From: Kordia sp. TARA_039_SRF
GTDB taxonomy: Bacteria; Bacteroidota; Bacteroidia; Flavobacteriales; Flavobacteriaceae
DNA: 64,000 nucleotides
Direction of reading: 5' to 3'
NCBI GenBank assembly: GCA_006383075.2
Contig: SMNH02000006.1
Location: forward strand, 122,174 to 186,173
The notes beneath the pieces were generated by a model that saw nothing but the letters and a program-made list of their open reading frames with translations, ran no database searches and was not told where the DNA came from. Below are positions 50,062 through 58,896 of the stretch, piece after piece. The number at the start of each line of letters is the position of its first letter. The first letter of the stretch is position 1. A program made the translations under genes and the position numbers.

Positions 50062-50249
50062 CGTCACTTCGAGTAAATTTGCTGCTCATTGAGCTTGTCG
50101 AAATGCAGCAAATTTGTATCGAGAAGTACTATGAAACTTAAAATTTTGAATCCTTATAAACTTTAGCAATTCTTAGCTGTTCTCGATACAACGAACTACG
50201 TTCGCCACTCGAACTGGCGTGCTGTGAAACTTAGATGATTTTGAGATGT
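50062..50249. repeat. Inverted pair of family A palindromes; the second has the composite flanks seen at 19336-19741
   Basis: 50062-50126 (+) with a family F insert; 50179-50220 (-) flanked by GCTG and TGCTGTG. Confidence 0.85.
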
Positions 50250-50376
50250 TAGTACTGAGATTTTTTTATGTGACTTCCTAAGCTTGTATAAAAAATGTCA
50301 TTCAAATTTTATGACAAAAGTGAATAACAAACCATTGGTGCATTTTCAAATTATCAAATTGACACATTAAAAAAAC

Positions 50377-50401
50377 TGTCGCATCGAGCGCAGTTGAGAT
50401 G
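50377..50401 (+). repeat. Family D palindrome
   Basis: TGTCGCATCGAGCGCAGTTGAGATG. Confidence 0.8.
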
Positions 50402-50526
50402 CTTGCGAAACTAATAACTTTGTAAGAAGCTATCTCAATACTCAATACTAACATCTCAATACTTGATAAAAGGTTGTCACCCTACGTTTGTACGGTAAAA
50501 CCTTATAAATGTTAAACTTATCAACA

Positions 50527-50540
50527 CGAAAACGTTTTCG
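50527..50540. promoter_or_regulatory. Candidate LacI-family operator upstream of the amylase
   Basis: Perfect palindrome CGAAAACGTTTTCG with central CG, 83 nt before the ATG. Confidence 0.55.
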
Positions 50541-50623
50541 CTGATTTCATGATTACGTTCGGTAGGAATAAATGGTTAATTTAAAAAAGAACAATAACCT
50601 TTTTTAAACCAAAAAGTACAATT

Positions 50624-52006
50624 ATGAAAAAAAATCAACTATTTTATTTTCTGCTGATCAGTCTTTTCATTGTAAGCTGTTCAAAAGATGACATTGCTCA
50701 AGAAAATGAACAAAGTAAAGAACCTATAAAGCAAACGGTTACTGCAAAAAATCGTTCTAACTTAAAACCAATTGGTTCTGGTGTGATGATGCAAGCATTC
50801 TATTGGGATGTACCTGCTGGCGGAACATGGTGGAATGTTGTCAAAGGAAAAGTAGCCGATTGGAGCAACGCAGGAATCGATGCTATATGGCTTCCACCAG
50901 CTTCTAAAGCACAAAATGGTCCGTTCTCTATGGGATACGATCCATTTGACTATTTTGACTTTGGCGAATACAACCAAATGGGAAGTATAGAAACACGTTT
51001 TGGCTCTACAACTGAATTGCAAAGTTTAATCAATACTGCGCATACCAATCGTTTAAGTGTCATTGCTGATATTGTGTTAAATCACAACAGTGGAGGCGAT
51101 AGTGAGTACAATCCGTACAAAGGCACTAACACGTACACCGATTATCAACCATTATCTGGAAAATTCTACAGAAGTTATAATGACTTTCATCCTAACAATG
51201 TTCAAAATAATGATGAAGGTGTTTTTGGTGGATTTGCTGATTTATCACATGTTAAGGGCTATGTGCAAGATTGGTTATGGAGAACACCTAACTCAGTGGC
51301 GCAATACTATAAAAACGTAGTAGGATTTGACGGCTGGCGATTTGATTATGTAAAAGGATTTGGTCCTTGGGTAGTTAAAGACTTTAAAAATGCTGCTAGT
51401 GGATTCTCTGTGGGAGAATATTGGGACGGAAATGCTGCTACGTTAGAATGGTGGGCAAATCAAGCTGAAGTGAGTGCGTTCGACTTTGCATGTTATTACA
51501 GAATGCGAGATGCTTTTCAAGGAAATGATTTAAATCGATTAAACGACGACATGTTATGGAAGCGCAATGCATCAAAAGCAGTGACTTTTGTGACAAATCA
51601 TGATACGGATGAAATCGTCAACAATAAAATTCTCGCGTATGCGTATATCTTAACACATGAAGGATATCCAACTATTTTCTATCGCGATTATGAAGAATGG
51701 CTCAACAAAGAGCGTATGAACAACCTCATTTGGATTCACAACAATTTAGCCAGTGGAAACACTTCAATTCTCTACACAGATAATGACGAATACGTAGCAA
51801 GAAGAAATGGTTACAACGGTCCAGGATTGGTAGTGTATATCAACAACTCTAACAACTGGCAAGAGCGTTGGGTTGAAACCAATTGGTCTAGCACACGCAT
51901 CAAAGATTACACAGGGCATTCCAATTGGGAACCTGTAACGCAAGGCGGACGTTGGGTAAAAATTCAAGCACCGCCAAAAAGTTACTCTGTTTGGTCTGTC
52001 AAATAA
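50624..52006 (+). CDS. GH13 alpha-amylase lipoprotein
   Basis: Lipobox IVSC; MQAFYWDVP, ADIVLNH, DGWRFDYVKG, GEYWD, FVTNHD. Confidence 0.92.
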   Translation: MKKNQLFYFLLISLFIVSCSKDDIAQENEQSKEPIKQTVTAKNRSNLKPIGSGVMMQAFYWDVPAGGTWWNVVKGKVADWSNAGIDAIWLPPASKAQNGPFSMGYDPFDYFDFGEYNQMGSIETRFGSTTELQSLINTAHTNRLSVIADIVLNHNSGGDSEYNPYKGTNTYTDYQPLSGKFYRSYNDFHPNNVQNNDEGVFGGFADLSHVKGYVQDWLWRTPNSVAQYYKNVVGFDGWRFDYVKGFGPWVVKDFKNAASGFSVGEYWDGNAATLEWWANQAEVSAFDFACYYRMRDAFQGNDLNRLNDDMLWKRNASKAVTFVTNHDTDEIVNNKILAYAYILTHEGYPTIFYRDYEEWLNKERMNNLIWIHNNLASGNTSILYTDNDEYVARRNGYNGPGLVVYINNSNNWQERWVETNWSSTRIKDYTGHSNWEPVTQGGRWVKIQAPPKSYSVWSVK

Positions 52007-52033
52007 AAGATAACTTCTCACGTTAAAAATTAT

Positions 52034-52072
52034 AAAAATGCATCAGTAGTTACTATTGGTGTATTTTTTTTT
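52034..52072 (+). terminator. Intrinsic terminator after the amylase
   Basis: AAAAATGCATCAGTAG-TTA-CTATTGGTGTATTTTT stem with G-U pairs and a long T run. Confidence 0.75.
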
Positions 52073-52217
52073 TGAGTCAGGAATCAGGAAATAGGAAATA
52101 GGAGTTAAGATTTAGGATTGACAAACAACAAACAACAAATAACAAATAACGAATAACGAATAGACGAACAACAAATAAACAAATAGACACACCAACCAAA
52201 CAAAAACCAAAAAACAA

Positions 52218-52275
52218 TTTGTAAATTAAAAATAGTATGTATATTTGCAGCCACAAAATCTAAAAGAGAGGAGGT
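52218..52275 (+). promoter_or_regulatory. rpsU promoter (-33 TTTG, -7 TATATTTG) and extended Shine-Dalgarno
   Basis: TTTG 52218-52221, TATATTTG 52240-52247, AGAGAGGAGGT 52265-52275, 8 nt before the ATG. Confidence 0.8.
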
Positions 52276-52283
52276 TAAGGACT

Positions 52284-52478
52284 ATGTTAATAATACCAGT
52301 TAAAGAAGGAGAAAATATAGACAGAGCGCTGAAACGTTTCAAAAGAAAATTTGATCGTACCGGAGGAATGCGTCAACTAAGAGCAAGAAAGCATTTCACA
52401 AAGCCATCAGTAGCTCGCCGTGCACAAATCCAAAAAGCACAATATATCCAGCGCCTTAGAGATCAAGAAGAGATTTAA
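52284..52478 (+). CDS. rpsU: 30S ribosomal protein S21
   Basis: MLIIPVKEGENIDRALKRFKRKF..FTKPSV; start placed at ATG 52284. Confidence 0.97.
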   Translation: MLIIPVKEGENIDRALKRFKRKFDRTGGMRQLRARKHFTKPSVARRAQIQKAQYIQRLRDQEEI

Positions 52479-52495
52479 GATGCTCACACAAAATC

Positions 52496-52527
52496 AAAAA
52501 GGTTTCCATATCGGAAACCTTTTTTTT
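52496..52527 (+). terminator. Intrinsic terminator after rpsU
   Basis: AAAAAGGTTTCC-ATATC-GGAAACCTTTTT plus T run. Confidence 0.85.
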
Positions 52528-52666
52528 ATGCCATAATTTTGGGTTCAGCCACAAGTTTAGTAGTTTTAGATGTTTAGATGTCTCTAAATAAAACTTTACA
52601 AAAACATTAAACAAACAAATACACAAATTAACGAATAAACAAAGAACAAACAACAAACAACAAAAA

Positions 52667-53554
52667 ATGCCCTTCACCGCTTTCATAGAATATCTACAAC
52701 TCGAAAAGAACTACTCGCAGCATACGGTAACAGCGTATGAAAACGACTTGCGTTCTTTTTCGGAATTCTGTGCGAAAGAATATGATGACGATGCTATTGT
52801 TACTATACATTATGTGCAAATTCGAAACTGGATTGTTTCTTTGGTAGAAAGCGGTTTGCAAAATGCGACTATCAATCGGAAAATATCATCGCTCAAAACC
52901 TATTATAAATTTCTTCTTAAAACAAAACAAATAGAGGTGAATCCTTTAGCAAAGCACAAAGCGTTAAAAACCTCTAAAAAAGTACAAGTGCCTTTCTCAG
53001 AAAGCGAAATGGAAAAGGTGTTGGCAGATATGACATTCACCAACGATTTTGAAGGCGTACGAGACAAAACTATTATAGAAATGCTATATGCTACAGGAAT
53101 GCGTAGAGCGGAATTAATCAATCTAAAGCAAACGGATATTGATTATGCGGCAAAAACCATTAGAATTTTAGGAAAAAGAAACAAAGAACGCATTGTTCCA
53201 CTCTTACAAAAGTTAGAAATACAATTGCAAAAATACCAATCATTCAGAAGTCAAGTAGATTCTCTTCAAAAAGAAGAGTTATTCATAACGGCAAAAGGAA
53301 ATAAAATCTATCCGAATCTTGTTTATCGTATAATAAATGACTATTTTAGTGTAGCATCAACAAAAGTAAAAAAGAGTCCGCATATATTAAGACACACCTT
53401 TGCGACTCACTTACTCAATCAAGGTGCAGACTTAAATGCTGTAAAAGAATTACTTGGTCACGCTAGCCTTGCTTCAACACAGGTGTATACACATAATAGT
53501 TTAGCAGAACTTAAAAATGTATACGCCAAAGCACACCCTAGAAACAAAAAGTAA
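52667..53554 (+). CDS. xerC: Tyrosine recombinase XerC-like
   Basis: SAM-like N-terminus, YATGMRRAEL, ILGKRNKER, SPHILRHTFATHLL, GHASLASTQVYTH; xerC versus xerD not resolvable by eye. Confidence 0.85.
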   Translation: MPFTAFIEYLQLEKNYSQHTVTAYENDLRSFSEFCAKEYDDDAIVTIHYVQIRNWIVSLVESGLQNATINRKISSLKTYYKFLLKTKQIEVNPLAKHKALKTSKKVQVPFSESEMEKVLADMTFTNDFEGVRDKTIIEMLYATGMRRAELINLKQTDIDYAAKTIRILGKRNKERIVPLLQKLEIQLQKYQSFRSQVDSLQKEELFITAKGNKIYPNLVYRIINDYFSVASTKVKKSPHILRHTFATHLLNQGADLNAVKELLGHASLASTQVYTHNSLAELKNVYAKAHPRNKK

Positions 53555-53605
53555 TCTTCTTGATAAAGCACTAAAACCTAAACAAAAACCTTAAAAGTAC
53601 CGCGT

Positions 53606-53905
53606 ATGAAAGTAAACATGCAGTCCGTAAACTTTACGGTAGATCGTAAGTTAGTAGATTTCATTCAAAGAAAGATGGATAAACTAGAAACGTATTATGA
53701 CAAAATCATAGATGCTGATATTTATTTAAAGGTAGCAAACACAAGTGCAAAAGAAAATAAAATTGCCGAAGTGAGAGTAAACATTCCTGGAGATGATATA
53801 ATAGTGAAAAAGCAATGCAGAACGTTTGAAGAGGCAACTGATGAAGCAACAAGTTCACTGCAAAGAGCCTTACTAAAACGAAAAGAAAAAGTACGAGCAC
53901 ATTGA
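53606..53905 (+). CDS. hpf: Ribosome hibernation promoting factor (short HPF/RaiA)
   Basis: 99 aa; MQSVNF..D.KL..FI, KKQCRTFEEATD. Confidence 0.9.
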   Translation: MKVNMQSVNFTVDRKLVDFIQRKMDKLETYYDKIIDADIYLKVANTSAKENKIAEVRVNIPGDDIIVKKQCRTFEEATDEATSSLQRALLKRKEKVRAH

Positions 53906-53929
53906 TGATAAAAAAAAATAAAAAATAGT

Positions 53930-53988
53930 TTTGTTTAAAAAAAATAATCTATACATTTGCAGTCCGTTAGAAATAGCGGACTTTTTTT
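53930..53988 (+). promoter_or_regulatory. tRNA/tuf operon promoter followed directly by a terminator-like hairpin
   Basis: TTTG 53930-53933, TACATTTG 53952-53959, AGTCCGTTA-GAAA-TAGCGGACT plus T run at 53961-53988. Confidence 0.7.
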
Positions 53989-53998
53989 ATGAATAAAA

Positions 53999-54072
53999 GC
54001 CGATGTAGCTCAGCTGGCTAGAGCAGCTGATTTGTAATCAGCAGGTCGTGGGTTCGAGTCCCTCCATCGGCT
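53999..54072 (+). tRNA. tRNA-Thr(TGT)
   Basis: GCCGATG/CATCGGC acceptor stem, anticodon loop TTTGTAA, GTTCGAG T-loop. Confidence 0.97.
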
Positions 54073-54145
54073 CAAAAACAACAGAATAAGTGAAGTGAAA
54101 AGCTTGTTGAGTTGTTGAAAAACTTTGAAATATTGAACATTTATT

Positions 54146-54228
54146 GGGGAGATACTCAAGCGGCCAACGAGGACAGACTGTAAATCTGTTGGTTTTTACC
54201 TTCGCAGGTTCGAATCCTGCTCTCCCCA
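54146..54228 (+). tRNA. tRNA-Tyr(GTA)
   Basis: GGGGAGA/TCTCCCC stem, loop CTGTAAA, long variable arm, GTTCGAA. Confidence 0.97.
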
Positions 54229-54238
54229 CTAAATAAAA

Positions 54239-54311
54239 GCGAGAGTAGCTCAGTTGGTAGAGCGTCAGCCTTCCAAGCTGAATGTCGCCGGTTCGAACCC
54301 GGTCTCTCGCT
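54239..54311 (+). tRNA. tRNA-Gly(TCC)
   Basis: GCGAGAG/CTCTCGC stem, loop CTTCCAA, GTTCGAA. Confidence 0.97.
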
Positions 54312-54324
54312 CTATATATTTCTT

Positions 54325-54396
54325 GCCGATGTAGCTCAGGGGTAGAGTGTTTCCTTGGTAAGGAAGAGGTCACGGGTTCAAATCCCGTCATTGGCT
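54325..54396 (+). tRNA. tRNA-Thr(GGT)
   Basis: GCCGATG/CATTGGC stem, loop TTGGTAA, GTTCAAA. Confidence 0.96.
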
Positions 54397-54453
54397 CATA
54401 GAATGTATAAATTGAACACTAATATATAACTAAGATTAAAAAATTATTAAATC

Positions 54454-55641
54454 ATGGCAAAGGAAACTTTTGATCGTTCCAAACCGCACTTAAATATTGG
54501 TACTATTGGACACGTGGATCACGGTAAAACTACTTTAACAGCTGCTATTACTAAAGTATTAGCTGACGCTGGTCTTTCTGAAGCAAGAGATTTCGATACT
54601 ATCGATAACGCTCCTGAAGAAAAAGAAAGAGGTATTACAATTAATACATCTCACGTAGAATACCAAACTGCAAATCGTCACTACGCGCACGTTGACTGTC
54701 CAGGTCACGCCGATTACGTAAAGAACATGGTAACTGGAGCTGCTCAAATGGACGGTGCTATCTTGGTAGTAGCTGCTACAGATGGGCCAATGCCACAAAC
54801 TCGTGAGCACATCTTATTAGGACGTCAGGTTGGAGTTCCAAGAATTGTTGTATTCTTGAACAAATGTGATATGGTAGATGATGAAGAATTATTAGAGTTG
54901 GTTGATATGGAAGTAAGAGATTTACTTTCTTTCTACGACTATGATGGTGATAACGGACCAGTTATTCAAGGATCTGCTTTAGGAGCTTTAAATGGTGAGA
55001 AGCAGTGGGTTGATACAGTTTTAGAATTAATGGAAGCTGTTGATAACTGGATTGAATTACCAAAAAGAGATGTAGATAAAGATTTCTTAATGCCAATCGA
55101 AGATGTATTCTCTATTACAGGTCGTGGTACAGTAGCAACTGGACGTATCGAAACTGGTGTTGCAAACACTGGAGATCCTGTGGAAATCATTGGTATGGGA
55201 GCTGAGAAATTAACTTCTACAATTACAGGAGTTGAGATGTTCCGTAAAATCCTTGATAGAGGAGAAGCTGGAGATAACGTAGGTATCTTATTAAGAGGTA
55301 TTGAAAAGACTCAAATTAAAAGAGGTATGGTAATCTGTAAGCCAGGTTCTGTAACTCCACACAAAAAATTCAAAGCTGAGGTATATGTATTGAAGAAAGA
55401 AGAAGGTGGTCGTCACACTCCTTTCCACAATAACTACCGTCCACAATTCTACGTGCGTACAACGGACGTAACTGGTACTATTTCTTTACCAGATGGAGTT
55501 GAGATGGTAATGCCTGGAGATAACTTGACAATTACTGTTGACTTAATCAACACTATTGCAATGAATGTAGGTTTACGTTTTGCAATCCGTGAAGGTGGTA
55601 GAACAGTAGGTGCAGGTCAGGTAACTGAAATTTTAGAATAA
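54454..55641 (+). CDS. tuf: Elongation factor Tu
   Basis: [22 protein letters not shown]. Confidence 0.99.
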   Translation: MAKETFDRSKPHLNIGTIGHVDHGKTTLTAAITKVLADAGLSEARDFDTIDNAPEEKERGITINTSHVEYQTANRHYAHVDCPGHADYVKNMVTGAAQMDGAILVVAATDGPMPQTREHILLGRQVGVPRIVVFLNKCDMVDDEELLELVDMEVRDLLSFYDYDGDNGPVIQGSALGALNGEKQWVDTVLELMEAVDNWIELPKRDVDKDFLMPIEDVFSITGRGTVATGRIETGVANTGDPVEIIGMGAEKLTSTITGVEMFRKILDRGEAGDNVGILLRGIEKTQIKRGMVICKPGSVTPHKKFKAEVYVLKKEEGGRHTPFHNNYRPQFYVRTTDVTGTISLPDGVEMVMPGDNLTITVDLINTIAMNVGLRFAIREGGRTVGAGQVTEILE

Positions 55642-55662
55642 TCTCTATAGATTTTAAATAAC

Positions 55663-55694
55663 AAGAGGTGTCCCGATATTCGGGACGCCTTTTT
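55663..55694 (+). terminator. Terminator-like hairpin after tuf
   Basis: AGGTGTCCCGA-TAT-TCGGGACGCCT plus T run. Confidence 0.7.
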
Positions 55695-55701
55695 ATGAAA
55701 T

Positions 55702-55774
55702 ACGGGTTTAGCTCAGTTGGTAGAGCACTGGTCTCCAAAACCAGGTGTCGGGAGTTCGAGTCTCTCAACCCGTG
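55702..55774 (+). tRNA. tRNA-Trp(CCA)
   Basis: ACGGGTT/AACCCGT stem, loop CTCCAAA, GTTCGAG. Confidence 0.97.
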
Positions 55775-55790
55775 CTAATAACATCGCAAT

Positions 55791-55991
55791 ATGGCTGGTA
55801 TAGTAAATTACGTAAAAGAATCTTTCGAAGAATTAAGAACAAATGTCACATGGACGCCTTGGGCGGAAGCACAACGTTTAACTATTGTGGTGGCAGTGTT
55901 CTCTATAATTTTCTCATTGGCTATTTGGGGAGTAGATGAAGCATTTGCTTGGCTGCTAAGTTCTATCTATAAGATAGTATTAGGAATTTAA
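55791..55991 (+). CDS. secE: Preprotein translocase subunit SecE
   Basis: YVKESFEELRTNVTWTPW plus a single TM; lies between tRNA-Trp and nusG. Confidence 0.93.
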   Translation: MAGIVNYVKESFEELRTNVTWTPWAEAQRLTIVVAVFSIIFSLAIWGVDEAFAWLLSSIYKIVLGI

Positions 55992-56025
55992 TAATCACTC
56001 TCAAAAAAAACTATTGAAAAAAATT

Positions 56026-56577
56026 ATGGCGGATTCTAATGTAAAGAAATGGTATGTTGTGAGGGCTGTCAGTGGACAGGAAAATAAAGTGAAGGCGTAT
56101 ATCGAAACTGAAATCTCGAGATTAGGTCTTGAAGACTTTGTAGAAGAAGTACTAGTTCCTACTGAGAAAGTGATTCAAATTCGCAATGGTAAAAAAGTAA
56201 ACAAGGAAAGAGTATATTTTCCGGGTTACATTATGATTAAAGCGAATTTAGCTGGAGAAGTAACACATGTTATTAAGTCAGTGACGAATGTAATTGGTTT
56301 CTTGGGAGAAGTAAAAGGCGGTGATCCAGTTCCATTACGTCAGTCAGAAGTAAATAGAATGTTAGGTAAGGTGGATGAATTAACAGTGAAAACTGATAAT
56401 GTTGCGATTCCATTTACATTAGGAGAAACTGTAAAGGTAATTGATGGACCTTTCAATGGATTCAATGGAACTGTTGAAAAAATCAATGAAGAAAAACGTA
56501 AGTTAGAAGTAATGGTGAAAATTTTTGGAAGAAAAACTCCATTAGAACTAAGTTACATGCAAGTAGAAAAAATATAA
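56026..56577 (+). CDS. nusG: Transcription termination/antitermination factor NusG
   Basis: WYVVRAVSGQE, FPGY, KOW GPFNGFNG, IFGRKTP; ATG 56026 preferred. Confidence 0.98.
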   Translation: MADSNVKKWYVVRAVSGQENKVKAYIETEISRLGLEDFVEEVLVPTEKVIQIRNGKKVNKERVYFPGYIMIKANLAGEVTHVIKSVTNVIGFLGEVKGGDPVPLRQSEVNRMLGKVDELTVKTDNVAIPFTLGETVKVIDGPFNGFNGTVEKINEEKRKLEVMVKIFGRKTPLELSYMQVEKI

Positions 56578-56650
56578 TTGTTACACATTATATAAGTAGT
56601 GCTTTTTTAGCTTCCAATCAGAAAAGCGCTGCGAAATCAAAAACAAGAAA

Positions 56651-57088
56651 ATGGCAAAAGAATTAAGTAAAGTAGTTAAGCTACAAGTTAGGGGAGGTGC
56701 TGCGAATCCGTCGCCACCGGTTGGACCCGCTTTAGGTGCTGCCGGAGTGAATATCATGGAGTTCTGTAAGCAATTTAATGCAAGAACTCAAGATAAGCAA
56801 GGGAAGGTAGTTCCAGTTGTTATTTCTGTATACAAAGACAAGTCATTTGACTTTGTAGTGAAAACAGCGCCAGCGGCAGTTCAGCTATTGGAAGCGGCAA
56901 AGATTAAAAAAGGATCAGGAGAACCAAACCGTAAAAAGGTAGCAAGCGTTACTTGGGAACAAGTAAAAGCGATTGCTGAAGACAAAATGCAAGATTTAAA
57001 CGCATTTACAGTAGAATCAGCAATGAGTATGGTTGCAGGAACTGCAAGATCTATGGGATTAACAGTATCTGGTGATAAACCTTTTTAA
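56651..57088 (+). CDS. rplK: 50S ribosomal protein L11
   Basis: [29 protein letters not shown]. Confidence 0.98.
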   Translation: MAKELSKVVKLQVRGGAANPSPPVGPALGAAGVNIMEFCKQFNARTQDKQGKVVPVVISVYKDKSFDFVVKTAPAAVQLLEAAKIKKGSGEPNRKKVASVTWEQVKAIAEDKMQDLNAFTVESAMSMVAGTARSMGLTVSGDKPF

Positions 57089-57101
57089 ATCGTAAGAACA
57101 A

Positions 57102-57791
57102 ATGGCACGAGTAACAAAAAAGCAAAAAGAAGCTTTGGCTAAAGTGGATAAGAATAAATTATATTCTGTCGCTGAGGCATCAAGCTTAGTAAAAGAAATA
57201 ACAAATGTAAAATTTGATGCATCTGTAGATCTTGCGGTACGATTAGGAGTTGATCCACGTAAAGCAAATCAAATGGTTCGTGGTGTTGTAACATTACCAC
57301 ACGGAACAGGTAAAGATGTAAAAGTTTTGGCATTGGTAACTCCAGACAAAGAAGCTGAAGCAAAAGAAGCAGGAGCTGACTATGTTGGATTAGACGAATA
57401 CCTTCAAAAAATCAAAGGTGGTTGGACAGATGTTGATGTTATCATCACTATGCCAAGTGTAATGGGTAAATTAGGACCTTTAGGTAGAATATTAGGACCA
57501 AGAGGATTAATGCCAAACCCAAAAACTGGTACAGTAACTATGGATGTAGCAAAAGCTGTAAGTGAAGTAAAAGCTGGTAAAATTGACTTTAAAGTTGATA
57601 AAACAGGAATTGTTCATGCAGCCATTGGTAAAGCATCTTTTTCAGCAGAAAAGATTGAAGGAAACGCAGCTGAATTATTACAAACATTAATCAAATTAAA
57701 GCCAACTGCGGCAAAAGGTACATACATTAAAAGTATTTACATGTCTAGTACTATGAGCCCTAGTGTAGCTGTTGATCCAAAAACAGTTTAA
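57102..57791 (+). CDS. rplA: 50S ribosomal protein L1
   Basis: [36 protein letters not shown]. Confidence 0.98.
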   Translation: MARVTKKQKEALAKVDKNKLYSVAEASSLVKEITNVKFDASVDLAVRLGVDPRKANQMVRGVVTLPHGTGKDVKVLALVTPDKEAEAKEAGADYVGLDEYLQKIKGGWTDVDVIITMPSVMGKLGPLGRILGPRGLMPNPKTGTVTMDVAKAVSEVKAGKIDFKVDKTGIVHAAIGKASFSAEKIEGNAAELLQTLIKLKPTAAKGTYIKSIYMSSTMSPSVAVDPKTV

Positions 57792-57814
57792 TTGGTAGTT
57801 AAAAAGATTTTATC

Positions 57815-58336
57815 ATGACTAAAGAAGAAAAATCAGTAGTAATAGAAGAATTAACTGCACAGTTAGCTGAAAATACAAATATTTACTTAACAGACATCTC
57901 AGGATTAAATGCTGACACAACTTCAGCTTTACGAAGAGCTTGTTTTAAAGAAAATATCAAACTTGCAGTAATTAAAAACACATTGCTTGCAAAGGCAATG
58001 GAGGCTTCTGATAAAGATTTTGGAGAACTTCCTGAAGTATTAAAAGGAAACACTTCATTAATGTTATCAGAAACTGGAAATGCTCCTGCAAAACTAATTA
58101 AAGACTTTAGAAAGAAAAGAAAAGCTGAAAAGCCAATCTTAAAAGGAGCTTTCATTGAGTCAGCAGTTTATGTTGGAGACGATCAATTAGATGTGTTAGT
58201 TGATATCAAATCTAGAGAAGAACTTATTGGAGAAATTGTTGGATTATTACAATCTCCTGCGAAGAACGTTGTTTCTGCGCTTCAATCTGGAGGTGGCAAA
58301 TTAGCCGGTATCTTAAAAACATTATCTGAAAGATAA
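57815..58336 (+). CDS. rplJ: 50S ribosomal protein L10
   Basis: VIKNTLL, LKGAFIE, SREELI...LLQSP. Confidence 0.97.
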   Translation: MTKEEKSVVIEELTAQLAENTNIYLTDISGLNADTTSALRRACFKENIKLAVIKNTLLAKAMEASDKDFGELPEVLKGNTSLMLSETGNAPAKLIKDFRKKRKAEKPILKGAFIESAVYVGDDQLDVLVDIKSREELIGEIVGLLQSPAKNVVSALQSGGGKLAGILKTLSER

Positions 58337-58400
58337 TTTAAAAAGTACGCACTTAACAAAACAAATATTTAACAAAAACATTATTTTAAAACGATAGAAA

Positions 58401-58775
58401 ATGGCAGATTTAAAAGAATTCGCAGAACAATTAGTTAACTTAACAGTTAAGGAAGTTAACGAATTAGCAGACATATTAAAAGAAGAGTACGGTATTGAGC
58501 CTGCTGCTGCAGCTGCAGTTGCTGTTGCTGCTCCAACTGACGGAGACGGTGGTGGAGATGAGCAAACTGAGTTTGACGTAATCTTAAAAGCTGCAGGTGG
58601 TTCTAAATTAGCAGTAGTTAAATTAGTAAAAGAATTAACTGGTTTAGGTCTTAAAGACGCTAAAGGAATTGTTGATTCTGCACCAGCTCCAATTAAAGAA
58701 GGAGTATCTAAAGACGAGGCTGAAGGTCTTAAAGCATCTTTAGAAGAAGCAGGAGCAGAGGTTGAGCTTAAATAA
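58401..58775 (+). CDS. rplL: 50S ribosomal protein L7/L12
   Basis: [40 protein letters not shown]. Confidence 0.98.
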   Translation: MADLKEFAEQLVNLTVKEVNELADILKEEYGIEPAAAAAVAVAAPTDGDGGGDEQTEFDVILKAAGGSKLAVVKLVKELTGLGLKDAKGIVDSAPAPIKEGVSKDEAEGLKASLEEAGAEVELK

Positions 58776-58797
58776 GCTTACCAAGCTAAGAAAACTT

Positions 58798-58839
58798 GGT
58801 TTAGGTCTTTGGGAACGTCCCTAAGACCTAAACCCTTTT
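58798..58839 (+). terminator. Terminator/attenuator hairpin between rplL and rpoB
   Basis: GGTTTAGGTCTT..GGGA-ACG-TCCC..AAGACCTAAACC followed by CTTTT. Confidence 0.75.
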
Positions 58840-58896
58840 GTGTATATAAGCGTGAATACGTTTTATTTTATTTTATTTTAATCATAATATTGTCCA

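Noticed and set aside
52667-53554. Tyrosine recombinase next to tRNAs as a genomic island integrase
   Set aside because: It has a XerC/D-like length and motifs in the usual rpsU-xer-hpf-tRNA-tuf order; there is no duplicated tRNA end or cargo region.
54038-54391. 117-aa minus-strand ORF (also 55553-55768 and 55745-55939)
   Set aside because: These are shadow translations of tRNA genes and their neighbours.
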